64,000 bases of DNA from Lama guanicoe (lineage: Eukaryota): positions 1,366,001 to 1,430,000 of the forward strand of contig MU053559.1 in the NCBI GenBank assembly GCA_013239625.1, given 5' to 3'. Under the pieces are notes generated by a model. That model did not search any database, was not told where the DNA came from, and saw only the letters and a program-made list of their open reading frames with translations. Shown one piece after another: positions 56,901-64,000 of this stretch; position 1 is the stretch's first letter, and every line of letters starts with the position of its first letter. The position numbers and the translations under genes were made by a program.

Positions 56901-59900
56901 TCCACGAGTCAAAGAGGAAATCTGAGGGAAATAAATATACTGAATTGTATGAAAATGAACATATCAAAATTAATGGGATGCAGCTAAAGCAGTATTCATT
57001 CAGAGGGAAATTACAGCACTAAAATCCTTGTATTAGAAAAGAAGAAATCAGGAGTTTGGGATTAACATATACACACTACTATATATAAAACAGATAAACA
57101 ACAAGGACTTAACTGGATAGCACAGGGAACTATATTCAATATCCTATAATAACCTATAATGGAAAAGAATCTGAAAAAGAATATATATATGTGCGTGTGT
57201 GTGTGTATATGTATAACCAAATCACTTTGTTGTAGACCTGAAACTAACACAGCATTATAAATCAACTATACTTCAATAAAAAGAAAGAAAGAAAGAAAGA
57301 AAGAGAGGAAAAATCTCACCTAAGCACCCATCTCAAGAATCTAGAAAAAGAACGAAGGAAAACTAAAGCAAGAAGGAAGTAAATAATAAAAGTAAGAGCA
57401 GAAATCAATGGAATTGAAAAGAGAAAAATAACATGATTTCACTGATTTATAGAACAATTTGAGTAACACAATAAATTACGTAGTATTGGATTATAACCTA
57501 AAGTATAAAATAAATACCCATGAGTCCATACTGATATAAATAAGCTATTAAATAAAAATTGTAAAAGAAGAAAGCATCCAAGGAGATTCTTACAATTGCT
57601 TAATTTTGGGAAACAATCAGATTATCTAACATAAAGCTCTTGCAACATAAAATTTCAACAAACAGTAGCTATGAGAGGTAGGTGTGATGATGTCCATGTT
57701 ATAATGACAAAAACAAATTATTTCAGAGAAATGAAATATGCCAGCAAGGCAAAACATGGAATTAATCTCTTCTAATGCTGAGGCTAGTTTTGTTCTATAA
57801 TATCATATTTTCTCTCTTGTAACAGAATGTGACATATAAACGAAAAAATTTGCTCTCAGTAGCCCAAGTCCTCTATCTCTTGCAATAAGAGACTAATATT
57901 CTCACTGACATGAAGGCAGCAGGACTTAAGACCCAAAGCTCTAGAGTCACTTTATGTTCTAGGACTAATTGTTCTAAATGCAAAAGAAACAAGGTTTCTT
58001 TCTCACCATTCTGTAGTCAAAACCTCCTCTGGACAGATGGAAAATCTGTTTTTCTGCTCCTATTTATGTGCATTTTATTCCCTAAGTTTTTCTGCATGAT
58101 ACAGACATGTATAAATACACTGTTATCTACCATGCCCAGAAAGATCCCTAGCAAAAGATGGAAATAAAAGGAGACCTCTGAGAAAGTGACAAATGCTCTC
58201 TCTGGCTGACACACTAAAGCTACACCCCTCCACTTGCACGAGGGCAGGTGGAACCTGTGACTTGTTTCTAATCAATAGAATATGGCAAACATGATGATAT
58301 GTCACCCTCTTGATCCGGTTATGTTACATGGCAAATGTGATGGGATGTCATTCTTATGGTTACGTTATATAAGACTCAGGCTTAGCAGAATGGAGAAAAG
58401 ACCGTCCCCTTGCTGGGTTTGAAAAAGTAAGTTGCTATGTTTTGAGAGGATCTATGGAGAAGGCCACATGGTAAAGAACCATAAGCAGCCTCTAGGAGTG
58501 GAGAGCAGTCCTCTACCAAAAGCCAACAACAATAACAACAAAAATAGGGACCTTAGTCCTCCAGCTGAAAGGAGATGAATTCTGCCAACAACCAGAATGC
58601 ACTTGGAAATGAATTCTTCCCTAGTCAACCCTCCAGATGAGAGTGTAGTCCAGCCAGCACGCTGACTGCAGCCTTGAAAGATGCTGAACAGAGAACCTAG
58701 TCATGCTGCAACCAGACTCCTGACTCACAGAAACTGAGATGATAAATGTGTGCTGCTTTAAGGCACTAATTTTGTGCAACAGTTAACTAATATATTCTCT
58801 TTTCCTTTGCAGCCAAGGAAGACTACTTATAGTCAAAGTGAAGATACACAAAGTCAGTTTCTCATCATATAATTATCACAGAGGAAAGTCTACAGGATCC
58901 ACTAAACCATTACCAAATCCAAGTGCAACCCTGACACTTTGCTGCCCTTGGGGCAGAAAATGACTGGTTTCACAAGGATTGACTCATTTTTCCTGGGCTG
59001 GTGGTAGCGCTCTGAAGGCTGTGAGGACCCACCACAGCCCACAGCCCTGATCTCCAACCTAGTCTTTTCCTTCTCTGTCTACAACTTCCTCATCTATCTT
59101 TTCCTGCACTGTGTCCCACCTGCCAGTTGGCTCTTTCCAATCACAGGCCAGATCTTTGAATCTTTGGGTCCTTCCCAATTCTCCACGTCTGGCTCCCTTT
59201 GACTTCTTGGCTAGGGAAGGCTTTATATTCTAAAGCCAGGCACTTAAGTATCATCACCAAAATGAAAGTGAAGATTACTGTTTTCCGCAAAGAAAAAGAA
59301 AATGGAATCTGTCTTGAAAAACAAAAAAGTTCATCAGAAAACAAGCCTATCCATTGGTACATGGTTTATTCCTTACATCTCCAAATCTGGGTATGTAGGT
59401 ATATAAGCAGAAGGCAGCTCTCTGTCTATTTTTTTAAGTCTAAAAATTTAATATCTGATCTCACCTCAGCAGGTTTCTTGTGTTCATTTGGAATTTTTGA
59501 CTTGTTCCTATACATTGAGCCAGAAGTAAAGGAGGTGGAAGGACCTGCAAAAGATAATTAGAAAAAATACTGAGACTTATTACCTGCTAATATAACTAAA
59601 TGTCATCTAAGGGAATATGAAAGATATGACAGAGAAGAGCACAGCGACCTCATATCACTGAAGAAAATAGTTAAACTGCAACCAAGAAAGCCTCATAATG
59701 GGGTTTAACGACATTTACAGGTGACCTCCCAGGGTGTAAAAGCTTCAGCAATGTTAATGCTGAGGAGATTCAATTCGGTGTAATCATACCTCATAACAAC
59801 TTGAAATAACACAATTCATGTTCCATCTGGAGAGAAAGTATCTGCAAAAGCAACTGAAAAAACTAAAAATGTGAAGCAAGTAATCTCTGTATCCTTCAGC

Positions 59901-60373
59901 ACTTCCCCAGATGCTACTGTTAATAAGGTTGTTGTCTTTTACAAATGATGACTCACCGAGTCAAACACTTGGTACCTGAGCTACAAATAGAATTGCAGGG
60001 CCTACAATTTATGCTAGTCTCATACTTTTCTTCCTTTCTTGAAAAGTACTTTTAAATCATTGGTAGATTTGGCTTTTGTTGTTTGGGTAAATAAAAAGTG
60101 GAAAACAAAATGCTATAGGTCACACAATGCCAATTCTCTCACCTAACTTATCTACTTCTTATGAAATTTAAATGAATAAGAAAAATGGTACCCCAAACTT
60201 TCCTTCCTAGAAACATTGTTTTTTTAACCATTGAAGGAAGCATGAAACAGCCTGTCCTCAAGTCAAAGAAAAATCCTCAAGGAGTACAGATACAGAGGTT
60301 TACCAGCTGGTGGGCGGTTCTACTCACTCTCGTCTGAACTGTCACTGCTGCTGAGAGTTCTATGGCGTTTCAT
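5078..60373 (-). CDS. JADE3: JADE3 (PHF16) full coding span, 10 coding exons, 823 aa; EPC-N domain, PHD-Zn knuckle-PHD (PZP), domain II, disordered C-terminus
   Basis: Hand-spliced exons total 2472 nt in one open frame from [15 protein letters not shown] to ...PLSHSSMHR*. The sequence closely matches recalled human JADE3, and all introns are GT-AG. Confidence 0.98.
6041..9995 (+). mobile_element. 5'-truncated LINE-1 (decayed ORF2 from endonuclease through RT and C-terminus, 3' UTR, A-tail)
   Basis: ORF2 fragments [90 protein letters not shown]; 14-bp TSD TAAATAATGGTGTA (6027-6040, 9996-10009). Confidence 0.97.
9806..9878 (-). mobile_element. Short L1 3' tail nested antisense in the host L1 3' UTR
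   Basis: T-run + tttattgaagtataatcagtttacagtgttgtgtcaatttctggtgtacagca, flanked by TGTAATAA (9798-9805, 9879-9886). Confidence 0.85.
11797..11914 (-). CDS. JADE3: JADE3 exon 10, [39 protein letters not shown]
   Basis: Translated by hand; acceptor ctttcag, donor gtaacc; 118 nt. Confidence 0.96.
12370..12515 (+). mobile_element. MIR SINE
   Basis: cagtttattcatttgtaaatagggataatagtagtacct...aggattaaatgagttaat...gcttagaacagtg. Confidence 0.85.
12726..13016. mobile_element. MER20 (hAT) non-autonomous DNA transposon, interrupted by a SINE
   Basis: tggcatctagtgggtagaggccagggatgctgctaaacat core; perfect 8-bp TSD ATCTGGTG (12718-12725, 13017-13024). Confidence 0.9.
12936..13005 (+). mobile_element. 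tRNA-derived SINE, camelid type, internally deleted
   Basis: A-box region agctcagtggtggagcgc, ttagcat anticodon loop, acctccattaaaa tail; TSD AAGAAACT(C/T)TG (12925-12935, 13006-13016). Confidence 0.8.
13375..13845 (-). CDS. JADE3: JADE3 exon 9, [16 protein letters not shown]...[11 protein letters not shown] (end of PHD2, domain II)
   Basis: Lies within ORF 13366..13968; acceptor ccacag, donor gtaagg; 471 nt. Confidence 0.97.
14423..14590. mobile_element. MER3/MER33-like hAT MITE
   Basis: tccaatatggta...ggccacaagtagctattt...gcagaaagttctattggacag. Confidence 0.75.
16020..17255 (-). mobile_element. Old L1M 3' region, split by an LTR
   Basis: ctttattgagatacaatttacataccataaaattcacc...ttacattcccaccagcaat; the L1 sequence resumes in register after the LTR. 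Confidence 0.9.
16462..17031 (+). mobile_element. Solo ERV LTR (MER21-like)
   Basis: TG...CA ends, 5-bp TSD GGTAA/GGTAT, motifs gcctgataagagtgtcttt and gttctgtgagtccttctag. Confidence 0.8.
18290..18505 (-). mobile_element. MIR SINE
   Basis: tacaggtgtggaagctgaggcacaga...ccaggatttgaacccca...tctggctcca. Confidence 0.85.
19653..19986. mobile_element. MER2 (Tigger-type) MITE
   Basis: TA|CAG...CTG|TA ends; ggataccaaaatccatggatgctcaagtcccttatataaaatgg. Confidence 0.9.
21200..21532. mobile_element. MER58 hAT MITE
   Basis: cagggg...actatggccc...ccacctgtttt...aagctaagaatgg...ggcctgcaaagcctaaaat...gccctg. Confidence 0.8.
23930..24046 (-). CDS. JADE3: JADE3 exon 8, [39 protein letters not shown] (start of PHD2)
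   Basis: Translated by hand; acceptor tttgtag, donor gtaagt; 117 nt. Confidence 0.96.
24695..25200 (+). mobile_element. Relatively young L1 3' end
   Basis: gactggataaagaag...ttgtaaactgactataactcaataaaaaa; flanked by ttaaaaaaa(a)gat on both sides. Confidence 0.9.
26170..26560 (+). mobile_element. Old L1M 3' fragment
   Basis: tacatactgtatgactccattcat...aaaactaacctatagtgatagaaatca. Confidence 0.75.
26830..26997 (-). CDS. JADE3: JADE3 exon 7, [56 protein letters not shown] (end of PHD1, Zn knuckle)
   Basis: Translated by hand (absent from the ORF track); acceptor ctccag, donor gtaaga; 168 nt. Confidence 0.96.
28315..28500. mobile_element. MER58-like fragment
   Basis: aagctaagaatggttt...aaagtctaaaatatttactatctggcccttca. 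Confidence 0.7.
29935..30262. mobile_element. MER96B-like DNA transposon
   Basis: tgggataaagattataaatagcctc...ttttcagagc...aagggactgtggatctg. Confidence 0.65.
30540..31075 (+). mobile_element. L2 3' fragment
   Basis: cagaatgatctttctaaaatacaaatc...ttaagactcagct...tgaaatgaatgaa tail. Confidence 0.7.
31971..32182 (-). CDS. JADE3: JADE3 exon 6, [12 protein letters not shown]...CDVC...[10 protein letters not shown] (start of PHD1)
   Basis: Lies within ORF 31914..32210; acceptor gtgcag, donor gttagt; 212 nt. Confidence 0.96.
33210..33430 (+). mobile_element. MIR SINE
   Basis: ttggattcaaattcc...ttccttatctacaaaaataaggataataatacc...gtgcctggtatgcagtaagcactcaat. Confidence 0.85.
33585..33845 (+). mobile_element. 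L1ME-like 3' end
   Basis: aaatgcaatgtggtatcctggatgggatcctggaacagaaaaagg...gatgttaacattaggggaaactg. Confidence 0.75.
35033..35223 (-). CDS. JADE3: JADE3 exon 5, [17 protein letters not shown]...[21 protein letters not shown] (EPC-N)
   Basis: Lies within ORF 35010..35255; acceptor ttttctag, donor gtaagt; 191 nt. Confidence 0.96.
35660..35925 (+). mobile_element. MIR SINE
   Basis: tcttgggtaattacttaatttctataaggtcagttttct... Confidence 0.6.
36900..38190 (+). mobile_element. Old L1M ORF2 C-terminus and 3' UTR with a nested insertion
   Basis: [15 protein letters not shown]; aatgtggtatattcacacaatggaata; gcaacagcatggatgaatctcac. Confidence 0.85.
37815..38094 (-). mobile_element. Younger L1 3' end nested antisense
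   Basis: Perfect 16-bp TSD TTAAACAAGTGTATTT (37799-37814, 38095-38110); tttattgaagtatagccagtttacaatgttgtgtc. Confidence 0.92.
39186..39735 (+). mobile_element. MLT1 (MaLR) LTR
   Basis: gtctatttcccctcctcttgaat...ctgaattcctgacccacggaatccgt...ctaagtttgggg. Confidence 0.8.
39990..40290 (-). mobile_element. L2 fragment
   Basis: aagaatcaaagatgactctagg...agttcagtttgggacattttaagtctgagat. Confidence 0.7.
41325..41600 (+). mobile_element. MLT1 LTR fragment
   Basis: gagaggtagggtctatttcctttcc...gagctgccatgtaagaagtc. Confidence 0.7.
41941..42710 (+). mobile_element. L1 ORF2 endonuclease-region fragment
   Basis: ggagacttcaac; [16 protein letters not shown] in ORF 42334..42522. Confidence 0.85.
42711..43335 (-). 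mobile_element. Old L1 5'/ORF1-proximal fragment with degenerate subrepeats
   Basis: Reverse complement resembles 54000-54620 in this window; recurring cctcattac and ctccactga units. Confidence 0.65.
44488..44645 (-). CDS. JADE3: JADE3 exon 4, [17 protein letters not shown]...VPRPSLR
   Basis: Lies within ORF 44421..44666; acceptor cccag, donor gtattt; 158 nt. Confidence 0.96.
45020..47030 (-). mobile_element. Old L1MC/ME fragments
   Basis: cttacagagaagttacaaaaatagtacagag; tgctcaaattgttcca; catcatctgcaaatagag. Confidence 0.75.
48555..49008 (+). mobile_element. MLT1C/D-like LTR
   Basis: ccccaaaagatatgtccacatcctaat...gttttaagccacccagttcgtggtaatttgttacagcagccctaggaaactaacaca. Confidence 0.9.
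49880..50075 (+). mobile_element. MIR SINE
   Basis: tgtgtctcagtttactatctgtaaaatgaggataataacac. Confidence 0.8.
50335..50497 (+). mobile_element. Short L1 3' tail
   Basis: ggacctactgtatagcacagggaactatattcaatatc...aatcaactatac; flanked by ACATG(G/A)CTA. Confidence 0.85.
52420..57560 (+). mobile_element. Mosaic of old L1 (5' region, ORF1, ORF2 endonuclease) with nested L1 pieces at ~53355-53990, 55891-56235 and ~57050-57303
   Basis: ORF1 remnant ([11 protein letters not shown]; aataatggctgaaaatttcccaaactt); endonuclease remnant (atcctaaatatgcatgtacctaat). Confidence 0.8.
55891..56235 (+). mobile_element. Bipartite mini-L1: 5' UTR start fused directly to the 3' tail
   Basis: Starts ggaggggttgagcCAAGATGGCG, ends tatacttcaataaaaa; 15-bp TSD with 2 mismatches (55876-55890, 56236-56250). 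Confidence 0.85.
58220..58790 (+). mobile_element. MLT1E/F-like LTR
   Basis: acttgtttctaatcaatagaatatggcaaa...gaattctgccaacaacc...cagactcctgactcacagaaactg. Confidence 0.85.
59465..59544 (-). CDS. JADE3: JADE3 exon 3, [27 protein letters not shown]
   Basis: Acceptor ttgcag, donor gtgaga; 80 nt; frame-compatible with neighbours. Confidence 0.96.
60328..60373 (-). CDS. JADE3: JADE3 first coding exon (exon 2; exon starts at 60384 with 11 nt of 5' UTR), [15 protein letters not shown]
   Basis: Acceptor ttgttctctttcccag, ATG at 60373-60371, donor gtgagta; 46 coding nt. Confidence 0.95.
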
Positions 60374-61409
60374 CCTGGAGCATCCTGGGAAAGAGAACAA
60401 CACTGAATAAAATAGTCAACATGCACACACCCATCCCAGAGGGTAGTCAATACTGCCCAAGAAGCAGCAGCAGGCGAATCACACAAATCAAATGGCTTCT
60501 GTTAAGAATATTCTCAAACGACCTTAGAGTGATGGGAGAAGAGTACTACCAGATTCTCCAACATAGAGTATGTCAAAGCCTGGGTGACATGGCATATTAA
60601 CTTTAGGAGGAAACCCAAGCAGCAGTGGATGAATGGTACAAGATTGGCTGGAGCCTTAGATGTGGCCACACGACCACTGTCCACCCAAAGATGGGCAGCC
60701 ACAGGGCCATCATCAGCCAGGTATCCCCAATAAGGGAAGAGTAGGAAAGAAAAAAACAGTCACAAACGCAGAGCTGTCAAGGGCCAAGTTTAAAACGCAT
60801 GAGACATAGCTGGCTGAAGAAAAAACAAGTGAGGCATGCCCCACTTTTAAAAGCACAACCCACTGCTTTTCTGCCTGCCCTTTCTCCCTCTGTCTCACCT
60901 TCTCCCTGTCCCCATTCCACAAAACACTAGCCTAATTTAAAATTATCTATCTTATTGCAAGAAATGCTACAGAAAGCTCCTATATTGTGAAAAATACATA
61001 ATATTTTAAACTAAAACTTCTAATGGTTTAAGCATCATCCCATGGTGTGTGCGTGTGTCCAATCTGTCCAATGACAGATTAAAGAAGAAGGCACCACCTT
61101 TCTGGGAACACATTGGCAAAAGAAGGTAGGAAAAAAGGAAGACAGAGTTAGACACTTTAAGTCACAAAGGAAGTGCTCAAAATATAAACTAGAAAAGACA
61201 GTGATACAGTCAGTAACGGACATTCTTTCATGTGCCACGGTATACAAAATGCTAGTAGGGGCAATCACAATTCCACAAGGAATAAGGTCAGGGCTACTGC
61301 TTCCAAGCCACTCACAGTCTACCAAGGAGACAGAAATCCAACTACAAGGCCACTATGACCAATTAGGAATAACAGAAACAAAACTGCATATTAAAAAGCT
61401 ATTAAGAGT

Positions 61410-63190
61410 TCCATTTCTGGCATGACAACGTGAAGCACTTTATGGACCCACTCCTCAGTGAAACTGGTGGAAATTATTCTAAAAATAAACAAAAACCCCT
61501 CATTTAAAATCTCTAGAAATGGTCCTCAGGGCAAACAGCAAATGAAGAAGTATTTATTAAAGAAAATCTACTACAACTCAGTACATAAAGAAAGAGTCTC
61601 TGCTATTTGGACCTAGACCCACTCCCTCCATCCCCGCTCCCAGCACAGATCTCCCACCAGACTGGTGCAGCCCAGAACACAAGAGCTCCCTCTCCTCCAG
61701 CTCCCAGTTGCAAGGCTTTCTTCCTGGGAGGAGCAGACTGTCTCTGTTTCTCATCCTGTCCCCAACTACTATCTGTTGCTGAGGCTAAGTTCCAGACAAG
61801 TATGGCTGAGAGATGGGGTTTCCTTCTTCCAGGTGGCCCCAACTCCTGAGATGGAGGCTAAGCCTTGGCTGTGGTACCACCAATACTGAGGCCCCAACTG
61901 TCCTGGCCCCAGCTTGCAGAGTAGAGGTTGTACATTAGGAGAGGCAAACTTAGCAGACCTGGGGCTGCCACTTAGAGGGAAACACATCATTGTCCCCACC
62001 CTCTGGGCAAAGTCTCTGAGCCTAGCAGGAGAAGTAGGCCATAGAACAGAGGGCTCAAAATCTTCCCCCAATGGAACTGACTTCATTTTCAACAGTGCCT
62101 TGGCCTAGGCTAGCATGCTGGAGAGAATCAGGGAAAGAAACAGCTGGGAAGAACCATCCTGGGGTCAGAAGAAATCTCTAATACTGATCTCAGGAATCCC
62201 TTCAAAGGAGCCCTAATTTGACTAGATCAGTTTGGGGAGCAATTTGTGCCCCAGGGCATTATTAAAAACAACAATGCAATCAGCCAGCAATTAGTGGAGT
62301 TCAACACTGTGAAAGAGTCAGAACGGGCCCTGCCCAAACCAGTCACCCCAGGGTGACTGTGGGCATACCAAAGGCTGCATCCCTATGAAGCAACATCGAG
62401 ACTTCACACTGCAGGGCAAGGGGGGAGAGTATTAAACAGACTTCAGTAAAATAATGCAGCCAGTCACTAAAAAAGTAAACAAATAAATAACAATAAAGAG
62501 CCTTGGGGGTGGTAGGTAGTACAGTAGGACTGTACTGAGTTGCTACATTATATTATATCAAAGGTTCAGTTTCCAACAAAAAATTATGAGACATACAAAG
62601 AAATAGGAAAGTATGACCCATACACCGGCAAAAAAAGCAGGCACCAGAAACTGCCTGTGAGTACAACCAGATGTCAGATTTAATAGGCAAAGACTTCAAA
62701 TTATCCATATAAATATGTTCCTAGAACTAAAGAAAACCATGAACCAAGAAAAAAGATGAAGAAAAATGAACGAAGCCTGAGAGTAATGTTGGACACCATT
62801 AAGTACACCAACATATACGTAATGGGAGTACCAGAAAAAGAGAGAGGAAAAGCAAAAAAAAGAAATATATGTATCTTTCTTAAATGGCTGTAAACTTCCC
62901 AATTTCACTGAAAACATTAATCTGTACAACCAGGAAGCTCAACAAACACCAAGTAGTTTACACTACCACCACCACCGCTACTACACCATACTACTATTTG
63001 CAAAGAGATGCACAAATAGACGATATATCATGGTCAAACTGCTGAAAGCCAGATAAGGAGAAAATCTTGAAAGCATCAAGGAGAAAATGACTCCTCACTT
63101 ATAAGGAAACCCCAGTAGGATTAACAGGTAGCTTCTCATGAGGAACAATGGAAGTTAGAAGGCAGTGAGATAATATACTCAAAGTGCTCT
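61410..63190 (+). mobile_element. Old L1 5' UTR/ORF1 region
   Basis: ggacaccattaagtacaccaacatatacgtaatgggagtaccagaa; gagaaaatcttgaaagca. Confidence 0.7.
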
Positions 63191-63844
63191 GTAGAGACGT
63201 TGGCACATATCAGTGAATGTATTAATAAGAATCATGAAATTGTACACTTTCAATGGGTGAATGGTATGGTATTTAAGTTATAGCTCAATAAAGCTATTAT
63301 TAAAAAACTAATAGGATTAGCACAAGTATCAAAATCATTAATCAATGTTCTATGTGTCCTACTGTCAAAGTCAATTGAATATTTCTTTTTTTAACTGCAA
63401 TATAATTAACACATAACACTGTTAGTTTCAGGTTTATAACAAAATAATTCAGTATCTGTATATATTGCAAAATGAAGAATATTTCTTTCAATAGGATGTT
63501 AACCTCCCATCATATAAATTTTGGGGGCAATATTTGGCTTCCAGTGCAAAACTTAAAACGTTCACTCTTCAGAAATGCAAACAAAAACAACAATAATAAC
63601 AAAACACTTTGCATCAAAAAGTAGCATGTAGTTTAAAGTCACAATGAAGGTATAAATTTAAAAATAAAAGTAATGTATTTTCTAATTATTCCCTACTGAA
63701 CGCACAAACATACCTAGAGTAGCACTTTAGTTTTCTGATATCATCGAGATGTTCCATATATGTAAACTTTCCACATAAATGGTGTGTCCAAACATTTAGA
63801 ATCCTATTTGCATTGGGAATATTTTTGAAATACCCATTTACTAG

Positions 63845-64000
63845 TAGTCGATTGCTGCAGTAACAAGTTACCACAAACTCAGTGGCTTAAAACTACACAA
63901 ATTTATTATCTTACAGTTCAGTGAATCAGAAGTCTGACACAGGTATTACAGGGCTAAAGTCAAAATGTCAGCTGGGTTGCAGTTCTTTCTGGAGGCTCTA
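63845..64000 (-). mobile_element. MLT1 LTR 3' end, cut by the window edge
   Basis: ttgctgcagtaacaagttaccacaaactcagtggcttaaaac...ttcttt ctggaggctcta. Confidence 0.85.

Noticed and set aside
57175..57303. (TA)n(TG)n and (GAAA)n microsatellites
   Set aside because: Typical derivatives of an L1 3' UTR and poly(A) tail.
392..63874. Most 60-137 aa ORFs in the track
   Set aside because: They are chance ORFs, antisense or alternative frames of JADE3 exons, or repeat-derived; many start at non-ATG codons.
1..64000. Novel gene system, CRISPR array or prokaryotic operon
   Set aside because: The window is accounted for by one intact spliced mammalian gene plus common interspersed repeats; no regularly spaced repeat-spacer array was seen.
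60385..64000. JADE3 promoter or exon 1
   Set aside because: No CpG island and mostly L1/LTR; the first coding exon has a splice acceptor, so the transcription start is outside the window.

Overview
Mammalian genomic DNA; the repeat content points to a camelid (a tRNA-Ala-like SINE and artiodactyl-type L1 tails, with no Alu, BovB or PRE1 seen). The window holds all 10 coding exons of JADE3 (PHF16), a PZP-domain scaffold of the HBO1/KAT7 acetyltransferase complex, on the minus strand. The hand-spliced CDS is 46+80+158+191+212+168+117+471+118+911 = 2472 nt (823 aa + stop), with GT-AG introns and no frame disruption. Non-coding exon 1 and the promoter lie beyond the right edge; the 3' UTR runs left from 5077. 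The introns are filled with L1, L2, MIR, MaLR/ERVL LTRs and hAT/Tigger DNA-transposon fossils, several nested with intact target-site duplications (TSDs). I found no evidence of a wholly new biological system. The best leads are: (1) a 345-bp TSD-flanked L1 made of only its 5' start fused to its 3' tail, possibly retrotransposed from spliced RNA; (2) a tandem acceptor that would switch an overlapping uORF at the JADE3 start codon; (3) a possible JADE1S-like short JADE3 isoform; (4) a tandem poison donor after exon 5; (5) a 4-kb L1 inserted 52 nt from the last exon, carrying a nested inverted tail. Repeat family names come from recalled consensus sequences, and their boundaries are approximate unless a TSD is given.
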